This document shows positions 40,683-49,421 of a DNA stretch of 64,000 nt, piece by piece; positions within the stretch are counted from its first letter, which is position 1; every line of letters begins with the position of its first letter. Location of the stretch: NCBI GenBank assembly GCA_016190375.1, contig JACPQR010000213.1:3340-67339 (forward strand), written 5' to 3'. The stretch comes from Deltaproteobacteria bacterium (lineage in GTDB: Bacteria; Myxococcota_A; Polyangia; JACPQR01). The notes under the pieces were generated by a model. It saw only the letters and a list, made by a program, of their open reading frames with translations. It was not told the origin of the DNA and ran no database searches. A program made the translations under genes and the position numbers.

Positions 40683-41333
40683 TCAGCGTTCGCGCAAGAT
40701 GCCCTCCTCGAACGGCGCGGTCTTGCGCAACTCGCCCTCGAGCGCGCGGAGCCATGGTGCGGCGCCCTGCCTGTCCATGCCCGGTCTGTTCTTCAGCGCC
40801 GCCCCGAGGGCGCCCGCGGATGCGGCGAGGACGCCCGCGCAGAGCGAGGTGAGGGCCGCGGCCGGACCGCCCCAGAAGACCCAGCCGACCAGCGCTCCTG
40901 CGGCGGCCGCGATCGCGCCCCAGCGAATGGCACCGCGAAGGACGTCCGCGTCGGCGATCTCGCACGAAGCGTCAGCCAACCGGAGCCCGCCGGCTCTCCT
41001 CGCCTCGCCGGGAATCTCCGCGTCGCCCGTGAAGTCGGGCTGCGTCCGAAGCTCGCTGTGCGACCAGCCGATGACGATCGCCGGATTCCGTCCTCTCTCC
41101 AGGCTCCAGACGACCGGCAAGGGGACGAGCACTCGCTTTCGCGAAGCTCGTCCCGTCTCGTGGACCCGGACGACGAAGAAGGTCACGCTGCCGTGCTCGT
41201 CCACGATCGCACCTTCGACGCGTCCGAGCACCTGCCTGCGCGGACCGCGCGAATCGACGACGGGGGCCGTGAGCGGCCTCAGGGCCGCAGGCAGCACGCT
41301 GGCGATCCGCGTGATCGTCCTCAGGCGCCTCAT
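40683..41333 (-). CDS. PRC-barrel-like domain protein with C-terminal Gly/Ala-rich TM segments
   Basis: GRVEGAIVDEHGSVTFFVVRV..VLVPLPVV resembles a PRC barrel. Start at M34. Weakly supported. Confidence 0.45.
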   Translation of the reverse strand: MRRLRTITRIASVLPAALRPLTAPVVDSRGPRRQVLGRVEGAIVDEHGSVTFFVVRVHETGRASRKRVLVPLPVVWSLERGRNPAIVIGWSHSELRTQPDFTGDAEIPGEARRAGGLRLADASCEIADADVLRGAIRWGAIAAAAGALVGWVFWGGPAAALTSLCAGVLAASAGALGAALKNRPGMDRQGAAPWLRALEGELRKTAPFEEGILRER

Positions 41334-41806
41334 GGACCCAGGAGGCTGCGCAGCGAAGCACACGCTTGTAGTGTGTCGAACTGCTCGGGCAGGAGCTGAC
41401 GTCGGATGAGCTCGCGCACCCTGGGCTCGCATCGCTCGAGGTTCTCCGAGTAGAGCCTCGTGCTCCGGTCCTCACCTTCGACCAGCGCGGTAACGGCCTC
41501 GCGAGCAGCCAGGAGATTCGTTCCCGAGCGCTCCACACTCCCGACCGCGTCCCAGGCCCGCACGCTCCGCGGTGGATCCCCGCCGGCCGCGACGAGCTCG
41601 CTCCAGACCATGATGGCCCGCCGCTCGTGGCTGTCGTGCATCATGCGGAGCAGGCTCGCCAGCTCCACGTCCCGAGTTCGTCGGAGCGCGATCTCGTAGC
41701 TCTCCGCCGCCGCGAGCTCGGCCTCGAGGCACTCTCGCAGCTTGGCGATCGAGCCCTCCCTGCAGCCATCGTGATCCGCTTGCTCGTTTGGCTGCACTCC
41801 TCCCAC
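41330..41806 (-). CDS. four-helix-bundle hypothetical protein (DUF2383/PA2169-like)
   Basis: Helical E/R/L-rich 158 aa. Stop overlaps the downstream start (ATGA). Confidence 0.45.
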   Translation of the reverse strand: MGGVQPNEQADHDGCREGSIAKLRECLEAELAAAESYEIALRRTRDVELASLLRMMHDSHERRAIMVWSELVAAGGDPPRSVRAWDAVGSVERSGTNLLAAREAVTALVEGEDRSTRLYSENLERCEPRVRELIRRQLLPEQFDTLQACASLRSLLGP

Positions 41807-41881
41807 CTCCGCCGCCTCGAAGGTGCAAGAAGTCGGCCGATCCGCCCCTGGCGCAACGCTCGGGGAGGACGCGTAACGCGT

Positions 41882-43159
41882 CTACTGCGCGCCAAGTGAG
41901 CGCAATCGCGCCCTGACCGCCGCGGCGTCCAGCGCTGTCGGGTTCGCCACGAGATACGTGCGATAGGCGCGGATGGCCGCCTTGGTGTTGCGAAGGGCCA
42001 TGTTGGCGTCGCCCAGACCGCGGTACGCGGCGGGGATCGTCGGAACGAGGTGGTTGGCCTCGCTGAAGAGCTCGAGCGCCTCGGCGTGCCGGCCCGCCCG
42101 CAGCGCGGCGCGTGCCCTCGCGATCGCGTCGAGCGCACGCTCGCGCGGTGGGCGCTCGTCCCTGACGGCGCGAGCGCCCTGCCCGGCGTCCGGGACCGCC
42201 GCCGCCTCTTCGGGCTCCGATCCGCTCGCCTCCGAGGTCGACGACGCGACCGCGCCGACACCCGCGTCCGCTGCGGCGTCGGGCTGGTTGTCCCCGCCGT
42301 CCGGAGCCGCGACCGCGACGGGCGGCTCGCCGGCGGCGCCTCCGTCGGGAGGCTCGCCAATCGCGCGGTAGACGAGGTCGATCCGCGCGGTGCGGCCGGC
42401 GACGACCCGGACGTCCGTGAACATCTTCCTCTGCGTCGGATGCCACGCCTGAACACGGTAGCCGCCCGAAGGAACGCCTTCGATCCGGAAGCGTCCGCGG
42501 GCGTCCGTAACGGCGTGATACGGGTGTCGCGAGACGAGCAGATGCCCGACCAGCCACGGGTGACCCAGCGAGCAGTCGATCCGGCGGCCGCCGGGACGAT
42601 CGAGACGGAACTCGGCCGTCTGACCGGCCAGCAGGCGCTGCTTCGCGGTCGCGGGCTTGTCGCCGTCACCCAGCCCGCAGAAGTACGCGTGGGAATCGGC
42701 GTTGCGGATCCTGAGCGTGTCGCCCGCTGTCGCATCGTTGACGTAGGGATGCAGCACGCAACCCTCGATCACCGCGTCGCGCGTTCGTTGCGGAGCCTGG
42801 CTCGACGCCGCGGCGCCTTCGACCATGACGAAGACGTCCGCCATGCCGCCCTCGGCTGCTCGCGCCACCGAGACCTCGTAGGCGGCCTCTGCGGCCCGAC
42901 ATTCGTTGGCGCGCGGCCCGGTGAGCTTGACCGCCAGGGGCGGCGGAGGTTGTCCCTCGAAGCGCACGATCCCATCGATCGAGCCAGGACCCTTGCTGGG
43001 CGCGGGGGCCGGCCTTCGCTTCGTGGGCCGTGGCGCAGGCGCCGCCGCCTCTGGAGCCGAGCAGCTCGCGGCGAGCACGGCGAAGAGGCACAGCGAGATC
43101 CTGGCGGCGGCCGAGCGGCCCGGAGAAGCGGTCGGGCAGCGGATCCTGGCGATTTCCAT
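41882..43159 (-). CDS. lipoprotein with carboxypeptidase-regulatory-like domain and C-terminal TPR
   Basis: Lipobox VLAASCS. DARGRFRIEGVPSGGYRVQAW pattern. C-terminal AYRGLGDANMALRNTKAAIRAYRTYL is TPR-like. Confidence 0.6.
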   Translation of the reverse strand: MEIARIRCPTASPGRSAAARISLCLFAVLAASCSAPEAAAPAPRPTKRRPAPAPSKGPGSIDGIVRFEGQPPPPLAVKLTGPRANECRAAEAAYEVSVARAAEGGMADVFVMVEGAAASSQAPQRTRDAVIEGCVLHPYVNDATAGDTLRIRNADSHAYFCGLGDGDKPATAKQRLLAGQTAEFRLDRPGGRRIDCSLGHPWLVGHLLVSRHPYHAVTDARGRFRIEGVPSGGYRVQAWHPTQRKMFTDVRVVAGRTARIDLVYRAIGEPPDGGAAGEPPVAVAAPDGGDNQPDAAADAGVGAVASSTSEASGSEPEEAAAVPDAGQGARAVRDERPPRERALDAIARARAALRAGRHAEALELFSEANHLVPTIPAAYRGLGDANMALRNTKAAIRAYRTYLVANPTALDAAAVRARLRSLGAQ

Positions 43160-43190
43160 CGAGACGGCGTTCGGGTTCGCGCCGGAGATT

Positions 43191-43502
43191 CTAGATCATC
43201 GCGAGCCCGAGGGCCCGGCACTCCGAGGCCAGGACGCCTGGCGAGGGCAGCGGGACCGTGCGTCCCGTGCGCCCGGCGATCTCGCTGGCGGCGGCGTGGA
43301 CCTCGCGCGCGTTCGGCACGTCGGTCGAGATGGCCGACACCTGGCACCGGGCCTTCGCCAGAGTGTGGGCGGCGACCGCCAGGCTCCCGGTCTCGTCCAG
43401 GAGGATCAGGTAACGGCTACGGTTTTCCAGGAGCCACTCGAGCCATTCACTTGCTGCCATCTGCGCCAGTCTCCATTCTTCTATTCGGTCACCGGCTGCC
43501 AC
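43191..43502 (-). CDS. small hypothetical protein
   Basis: 103 aa with moderately protein-like composition (W/E/L-rich N-terminus). No recognisable motif. Confidence 0.35.
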   Translation of the reverse strand: MAAGDRIEEWRLAQMAASEWLEWLLENRSRYLILLDETGSLAVAAHTLAKARCQVSAISTDVPNAREVHAAASEIAGRTGRTVPLPSPGVLASECRALGLAMI

Positions 43503-43564
43503 GGCTTGACCTCGGAGCCGCTCCGTCCAACAAGCGCGAATCGTCGAGCCCGGTCAACAAATCG

Positions 43565-44656
43565 TCAGAAAGCTCCTGGCTCGAACCCAACGAGAGTCGG
43601 CTCTACCTCGAGGGTCACACCGAAGACCTCCCGGACCCTTGCGCGGACGAGCCGGGCCAGATCGAGCATCTCCCCGGCCGTGGCACCCCCACGGTTCACC
43701 AGCGACAGCGGGTGGTTCCTGGAGATGCCGGCGCGACCGAGCGCCTGTCCCTTGCTCAGCCCCGAGCGCTCGATCAACCAGGCCGCGGGAAGCTTCACCT
43801 TGCCATGTCCCGCGTCGAAGCACGGCGGCGCCTCGTCCGGTCCGAGGATTCCCGCGGACCGCCCGCTCTGCGTCGCGCACGCGGCCGAGTCGGAGTCGAG
43901 GATGGGGTTCAGGAAGAAGGATCCCGCGCTCCTCGAGTCGGGGTCCGCGGGATCGATCACCATCGACTTCGACCTTCTGAGGGCGAGAACGGTCTCGCGG
44001 ACGGTCTTCAGACCGGGCCGGGTCGCTCCCCGCTCGGCCAGCGCCCGGACGAGCTCGGGATACCGGACGCAGGGCTCGCCACCGCTCCTCACCTCGAAGG
44101 TCACGGCCACGATGACGTGGCGGCGCGAGGCGTCGATCTTGAAGCAGCTCGTACGATAGGCGAACCCGCAGTCGTCTCGACCGAGCTCGACGGCGCGATT
44201 CGCGATCCGATCCCAGGCACGCACCGACACGATCGTGCGTGACACCTCCTGCCCGTAGGCCCCGACGTTCTGGATCGGAGTCGCCCCGACGCGGCCGGGA
44301 ATGCCCGACAGACATTCGAGCCCCTCGAGGTCACGCGCGACCGCCCATTCGACGAGACCGTCCCAGCTCTCACCCGCTCCGGCGGTCACGAGAACGCGGT
44401 CGCCATCGAGCGGTTCGCTGGTGACGCCCGCGATCGAAACTTGCAGCGCCAACCCATCGAACCCGCGGTCGGCGACGAGCAGGTTGGATCCGCCTCCGAG
44501 GACGAGAAGCTCCAGCTTCGCCTGGTCGGCATGAGCAGTCGCCCGAGCGACGTCCTCCTCGCTGGTGGCCTCGAAGAAGAGCCGAGCCGGCCCGCCGATT
44601 CCGAGCGTGGTGAGGGGCGCGAGCGGAACGCTCTGGCGGAGACGTCCTCCTATCAC
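43565..44656 (-). CDS. murB: UDP-N-acetylenolpyruvoylglucosamine reductase
   Basis: LAPLTTLGIGGPARLFFE..LVLGGGSNLL FAD-binding domain. GTG start in GTGGTGA overlap with the upstream stop. Confidence 0.85.
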   Translation of the reverse strand: MIGGRLRQSVPLAPLTTLGIGGPARLFFEATSEEDVARATAHADQAKLELLVLGGGSNLLVADRGFDGLALQVSIAGVTSEPLDGDRVLVTAGAGESWDGLVEWAVARDLEGLECLSGIPGRVGATPIQNVGAYGQEVSRTIVSVRAWDRIANRAVELGRDDCGFAYRTSCFKIDASRRHVIVAVTFEVRSGGEPCVRYPELVRALAERGATRPGLKTVRETVLALRRSKSMVIDPADPDSRSAGSFFLNPILDSDSAACATQSGRSAGILGPDEAPPCFDAGHGKVKLPAAWLIERSGLSKGQALGRAGISRNHPLSLVNRGGATAGEMLDLARLVRARVREVFGVTLEVEPTLVGFEPGAF

Positions 44657-45585
44657 CACAAGGTGCCCGGATTGAGCCCCTGGACCTTGCGCGCGTAGCG
44701 CACCGCGTTGAGGAGCCTGCCGACGGTGGCGCGGTCGCCGTGGATGCCGCCGGGGACGGTCACGCGGATCGGGGGGTCGCCCTCGATCCTCACCTCGTCG
44801 AACTCCTCGCGAGGGCTCATCTCCATCCGCAGGACGAGCTCGATCACGGTCCCCTCGCAGTGCGCCCTCCGGATCTCCTCGGCGCCCACGACGGCGCCGT
44901 CGCGGACGATCGGCTCGATCCCTCTCTGCTCGGTGTCGAGCTCGAGGTCGAGCGCTCGGGCGATCGCCTCCATGGACTGCGAGAGGCCCACGTGGCCGAG
45001 GTCCCGGCCGCCGGAATGATTGGCAGCCAGCGTGCGGAAAGCCGCCGGGTCCATTCCGACTCCCAGCTTGCGCTGGAGCTGGGGTCGGCGGCGCGCCAGG
45101 TCGACCACGCGCTCGACGCGGATCGAGTCGACGCGCACGCAGGCCGTCGCCGCGAGGACCGGGAGCGCCTCCATCACGAGTCCGGGGTTGACGCCCGCCG
45201 CTATGATGGCGACGCCCTTCTCCACGGCCCTTGCGTCGAGCTGCCGGGCGAGCGCGGGATCGACCGCCGAGGGGACGCAGAGCTCCTCGCACGACGAGAC
45301 CACCGACAGGCCCGCGTCGGCTATCTCGATGAGCTGCGGCGCGATCTGGGCGAGGCGGGAGCCGGTCGCGTGAATGGCGCAATCGGCGCCGGCGCGTGCC
45401 AGCGCCTCACCCAGCGAAGCGCAGATTCGTACTCCGGTCCAGGCGCCCGACACGGCGCCGAGGTCGCGACCGGCGAGCCCGGGGTCGACCGCGGCCGTCA
45501 CGGAGACGTCGCGCCGGGTTGCAGCCGCCTGGGCGACCGCCTGACCGATCGCGCCCACACCGTACAGGAGAATCCGGGAGGTCAT
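44653..45585 (-). CDS. NAD(P)-binding DapB-like/amine-dehydrogenase family oxidoreductase
   Basis: N-terminal Rossmann ILLYGVGAIGQAV. Overall resembles the dihydrodipicolinate reductase N-terminal family. Confidence 0.6.
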   Translation of the reverse strand: MTSRILLYGVGAIGQAVAQAAATRRDVSVTAAVDPGLAGRDLGAVSGAWTGVRICASLGEALARAGADCAIHATGSRLAQIAPQLIEIADAGLSVVSSCEELCVPSAVDPALARQLDARAVEKGVAIIAAGVNPGLVMEALPVLAATACVRVDSIRVERVVDLARRRPQLQRKLGVGMDPAAFRTLAANHSGGRDLGHVGLSQSMEAIARALDLELDTEQRGIEPIVRDGAVVGAEEIRRAHCEGTVIELVLRMEMSPREEFDEVRIEGDPPIRVTVPGGIHGDRATVGRLLNAVRYARKVQGLNPGTLW

Positions 45586-45621
45586 GATTGGAACCGGAGC
45601 GTATCGCACCCGGAGCCGTCT

Positions 45622-46497
45622 TCAAATGCTCCCGACATCCTTGCGGGGCAACCAGCCCTCTCGCCCCTCGGGCCCTCGCACCAGGACCCACGTTCCCTCC
45701 CGGCCCAGGACGCGAACGCGCGTGCCCTCTACGAGCGAGAACGACTCCTCGAAGTCCGCCCCCGGGCCGGTCGAGCCGTGCGCCTCCTCGGCCACGATGA
45801 TCGCCTCGTGCGCGCCATGGTCGGTCCACACCTTCGTGGCGAAGAGCGCGCCGGACGCGACGGTCATGAGCGCCATGACGGCCAGGGCGATCCCGACCGC
45901 TAGCCGCGAGACCTCCTGGTGCGCCATGCGCCTTGCAAAGACGAGCGAGAAGAAGGCCAGGTACGAGAACAGGAACGTGACGGCGACCGCGTCGGAGGTC
46001 AGGCCGTCCGCAAGCGCCCTGAAGAAGGGCGGGCGCTCCTCGACGCTCGCCTCGAGGTGGCTCGCGACGAGCTTGCGCGCTAGCTGGGAACGAACGAGCC
46101 GCAGGTTGTGTCGCACATCCTCGTCGTCCGGCCGCTGGCGCAGCGCCCTCTCGTAGAACTGGATCGCGCGGCCATGACGACCGAGGCGAGCGTATGCGGT
46201 GCCGAGGTCGTACGAGACGTCGGGATCGTCGACGCCGCTCTCGACGAGCTCTCGGTAGCCCTGAATCGCGCGTTCGACGTCGTGTGAGTAGAAGGCCTGG
46301 CTCGCTCGAAGGAACTGGTCCTGGAGCGTGTCTGCCTCGGCCGGCTGCCCGAGCGCAAGGAGCGAGAACAAAAGGACCCCACCCCAGACGAGCTTCGCTC
46401 GCTGGGGACCCCGGGCCGCGCGGCTCAAGGTCCTGGCTCCGCGGAGGGCGTCACGCGGTCGAGCGTCGCGAGCAGGCGCCTCGCGCGATCGAGGCAC
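45622..46497 (-). CDS. batE: BatE-like protein (TPR + C-terminal SH3b domain)
   Basis: TPR repeats, central TM helices, C-terminal GTRVRVLGREGTWVLVRGPEGREGWLPRKDV (SH3b). Last gene of the bat operon. N-terminus overlaps the batD 3' end by 72 nt, so the start is uncertain. Confidence 0.65.
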   Translation of the reverse strand: MPRSREAPARDARPRDALRGARTLSRAARGPQRAKLVWGGVLLFSLLALGQPAEADTLQDQFLRASQAFYSHDVERAIQGYRELVESGVDDPDVSYDLGTAYARLGRHGRAIQFYERALRQRPDDEDVRHNLRLVRSQLARKLVASHLEASVEERPPFFRALADGLTSDAVAVTFLFSYLAFFSLVFARRMAHQEVSRLAVGIALAVMALMTVASGALFATKVWTDHGAHEAIIVAEEAHGSTGPGADFEESFSLVEGTRVRVLGREGTWVLVRGPEGREGWLPRKDVGSI

Positions 46498-48326
46498 TCG
46501 GACATCTCGCGGGCCCGAGTCCCCTCGGGGGTGAAGCGGGCGAAGTCGCAGTTCTCGAGCTCCCGGATCAACTCCTCGACGAGATTCTCGGGGTAGCCGC
46601 GTGACTCGAGGTGCTGGCGCAGCGCCTCCATCGTCATTCCTCCGATGGGGCGTGACAGCCTCTCCTCGAGGTACGTCGTGAGCGTCCGCGAGACGCCGGC
46701 GAAGAAGGCGGTCGCGTCGCCGGCCCTTCGCCGGCTCGCCGCGTCCCTGAGCACCCGAAGCGCCGTCGCATGAGCCCGTCGAGGTCTCGCGCGCTCCCGC
46801 GCGCCGCGCCGCCGGTCCCTGAGGGCCGTGCCCGCTACGAGCCCGAGGAGCGCCAGAGGCGGAACCGCGACCGCCGCGGCGAACCAGGGCGTCTCGTACA
46901 GACGGGACGATCTCCTCCCGAGCTCGCTCTGCAGGCGGATCGGCCGGAGCTGCGCCTCCGAGTCAGCCCGCGTGGGGCTCTCGGCGGCGACGGCGGGAGT
47001 CCCGGTCACGAGGATCGTGATCGCCGGCGCGGTCCGTGTGCGGTAGGTCCGTCGCGTCGGATCGAAGAACGACAGCGCCGGCCTCGGCAGCTCGATCCGG
47101 CCGGCCTCGCCGGGCATCATCAAGTACTCGTAGACTCGCTGGCCGGCGATGGTGTCGCCGTGCGGCGCGATGGTGTCGCGGACCTGGGGGTCGTAGACGC
47201 GGACCATGCGCGACGACGCGAGCGCAGGGAGGCGGAGATTGCGGAGGTTCCCCTCCCCGCTCACGGTCACCGTCAGGGTCACGGCCTCGCCCGCATTCAC
47301 CTGATTCCGGTCGACCCTCGCGTCGAGCTCGTAGCGGCCGACGTTCGACGCCTCGAACCGTGGCGGCTGCCCCTCGGCCGGCAGGGGTAGCACGTCGACC
47401 GAGACCGGCACGCCGGATCGCCGAAGCTGACCGCTTCCGAAGAAACCGCCGACCGAGCTCGTCGCCAGGACCTCCATCGGCGAGATCGTCAGCTCGCCCG
47501 CGCGGATCGGAAACAGCGCCATCTTCCTGACGACCGCGACCTCGAAGCGCGTCGAGCCCACGTACTGGTCCTGGAAGTCGAGGCGCCGGACCGGGCCCAA
47601 AAGGTCCTCGACCCAGAAGCCTTCTGTTCCCGGCTCCTGGGGGACATCCAGGTCGCGGATACCGACCCGCGTGTAGAGGTAGACCGTGAGGGTCACCTGC
47701 TCGCCGATGAACGCGCGCTCCTTGTCGAGGACGGCCCTGACGAAGAGCTCGTCGTCGTACTGGGCGCCGCTGAGCCCTTCGGGCGGCGGCCCTCCCGTCG
47801 GACCCGGGTGTTGCGGCTGCTGGTCGAGCGGCTGGATGGGGATGAGCGGAGTGAGCGGATTGCGGCCCCATGGATCGAACGGTCGCCCCGGAACGAGGGG
47901 AGCTGGCTGAAGCCCGCCCCCCCCTTGCGTGACGGTGATCGTGAGGGGCTGGCCGCGGTAGGTGATCCCCCCGACTCGAGCCTCGACGGCTGGAAGGGTG
48001 AAAGAGCCAACCTGACGGGGTCGCAGGTCGAAGGTGTAGACGGTCGTCTGCTGGACGACCGGGCCCTGCCCGAAGCCGAACGAGAACTGCATCGGGCGCG
48101 AGACCGACCGCCCCTCGACCACGAAGGCGTCGAGCGCGGGAAGCTGGATGTGCTCGGCTGCAACCCCGCCCCTCGTGGCGACCCTGACCTGGAGCTGGAA
48201 TCGGTCGGACAGACCCACGGTCGTGCGGTCCGCGGTCATCTCGATCTCCGGAGCCTGGGCTCTGGCCACCGCCCCGAGACCCAGGAACGCGAGCCCTACC
48301 GCGAGAGAAACCGATCCGCGAGTCAT
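46425..48326 (-). CDS. batD: BatD-like oxygen-tolerance protein
   Basis: Signal peptide MTRGSVSLAVGLAFLGLGAVARAQA, a large beta-rich ectodomain, a single TM (WFAAAVAVPPLALLGLVAG), a cytoplasmic helical tail. Operon position. Confidence 0.7.
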   Translation of the reverse strand: MTRGSVSLAVGLAFLGLGAVARAQAPEIEMTADRTTVGLSDRFQLQVRVATRGGVAAEHIQLPALDAFVVEGRSVSRPMQFSFGFGQGPVVQQTTVYTFDLRPRQVGSFTLPAVEARVGGITYRGQPLTITVTQGGGGLQPAPLVPGRPFDPWGRNPLTPLIPIQPLDQQPQHPGPTGGPPPEGLSGAQYDDELFVRAVLDKERAFIGEQVTLTVYLYTRVGIRDLDVPQEPGTEGFWVEDLLGPVRRLDFQDQYVGSTRFEVAVVRKMALFPIRAGELTISPMEVLATSSVGGFFGSGQLRRSGVPVSVDVLPLPAEGQPPRFEASNVGRYELDARVDRNQVNAGEAVTLTVTVSGEGNLRNLRLPALASSRMVRVYDPQVRDTIAPHGDTIAGQRVYEYLMMPGEAGRIELPRPALSFFDPTRRTYRTRTAPAITILVTGTPAVAAESPTRADSEAQLRPIRLQSELGRRSSRLYETPWFAAAVAVPPLALLGLVAGTALRDRRRGARERARPRRAHATALRVLRDAASRRRAGDATAFFAGVSRTLTTYLEERLSRPIGGMTMEALRQHLESRGYPENLVEELIRELENCDFARFTPEGTRAREMSECLDRARRLLATLDRVTPSAEPGP

Positions 48327-49189
48327 CACCAGTCCTTCTCGACGTTGCGGCGGATGGCCCGCGCGCGAGCACGGGCCCGCTCCCGCTCGAGGTTCTGCTC
48401 CCCTTGCTGCAGGGCGTCCAGCAAGGCCTCGATGTCCTGCCGTTGCCGCGCCTCCGCCGGCTGATCCGTCTCCGGGGCATCGTGCGGCTCCTGGCCGCTT
48501 TGCTGCTCTTGCCGCTGCTCTTGGTCCTGCTGCTGCTCCTGCTGCTCTTGCTGCTCCTGCTGGTCCTGCTGCTGCTGTGGATCCTGCTGTCGCTCTTGAT
48601 CCTGACCTTGCCCTTGCTGCTGTTGCTGCTGCTGTTGCTGCTGCTCTTGCTGCTCTTGCTGTTGCTGTTGCTGCTCTTGTTGCTGCTGCTGCTCTTGCTG
48701 CTGCTGCTCTTCTTGCTCCTTCATTCGCATCGCCAGCTCGAGATTCCATTGCGTATCGGTGTTGCCGGGTCGGAGCCGCAGGCTGCGCCGGTACGCGTCG
48801 ATTGCGGCGTCCCATTTCCGATCGGACAACGCGAGGTTTCCGAGGTTGTGGTAGGCGGTGCCTCGCAGCGGGCGATCGCGCCCCGGCGTCGTGGCCAGGA
48901 GCAACGCCTGTCGAGCCGCCGCGCCGAGGCGCTCGCGCGTTTCCGCATCCTCGGCCTGCGCCGCCTGTGCCATGAGAACGAGCCCTCGGTCCAGATGGAC
49001 TCCGGGCTCGCTCGGCAGCGCGCGGGCCGCCCGATCGTATGCGGCCAGCGCTTCGGCCAACCTGCCCGCACGGTAGGCGGCGTTGCCGGCCTCGATGTCG
49101 TCGTTCTCCGCTCTGAGGAGCTCCCAGGCGGAGGCGTTCGCCGGCAGGAGGGCAAGCATGAACAGAAACCGAAGGCTTCGCACCGTCAT
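48326..49189 (-). CDS. batC: BatC-like TPR protein with ~75-residue Gln/Glu-rich low-complexity insert
   Basis: Signal peptide MTVRSLRFLFMLALLPANASA. TPR repeats. EQEEQQQQEQQQQQEQQQQQQEQQ... tract. Confidence 0.7.
   Translation of the reverse strand: MTVRSLRFLFMLALLPANASAWELLRAENDDIEAGNAAYRAGRLAEALAAYDRAARALPSEPGVHLDRGLVLMAQAAQAEDAETRERLGAAARQALLLATTPGRDRPLRGTAYHNLGNLALSDRKWDAAIDAYRRSLRLRPGNTDTQWNLELAMRMKEQEEQQQQEQQQQQEQQQQQQEQQEQQQQQQQQQQGQGQDQERQQDPQQQQDQQEQQEQQEQQQDQEQRQEQQSGQEPHDAPETDQPAEARQRQDIEALLDALQQGEQNLERERARARARAIRRNVEKDW
48490..48720. repeat. coding trinucleotide microsatellite (CTG/CTC/TTG on + strand = CAG/GAG/CAA in batC) encoding polyQ/E
   Basis: ctgctgctcctgctgctcttgctgctcctgctggtcctgctgctgctg... 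continues for about 230 bp. Confidence 0.8.
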
Positions 49190-49194
49190 CCCCT

Positions 49195-49299
49195 GAGCCT
49201 CCCGAGCGCCTTCGAGCGCTTCCTCCTGACCGCTTCTCCGAGCACCGCGTCCGCGAGGATCAGGAGGAGCGCGGGAAGAAGGAAGACTTGGTACTTCTC
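49195..49299. repeat. 105-bp perfect direct repeat, copy 1 (duplicated batB 3' end; in-frame remnant ending in TGA that overlaps batC ATG)
   Basis: gagcctcccgagcgccttcgagcgcttcctcctgaccgcttctccgagcaccgcgtccgcgaggatcaggaggagcgcgggaagaaggaagacttggtacttctc is identical to 49431-49535. Confidence 0.85.
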
Positions 49300-49421
49300 G
49301 CCATCTCCGCGGTGGGGCTGCGCCCCCCCGCACCCCCCGCTCTCGCGCGATGACGGCGCTTGGTCGCTACGGCGGAGTGAATCCACCTTCGCTCCCTCCT
49401 GCTCCGCTCGTGCGCGCACCC

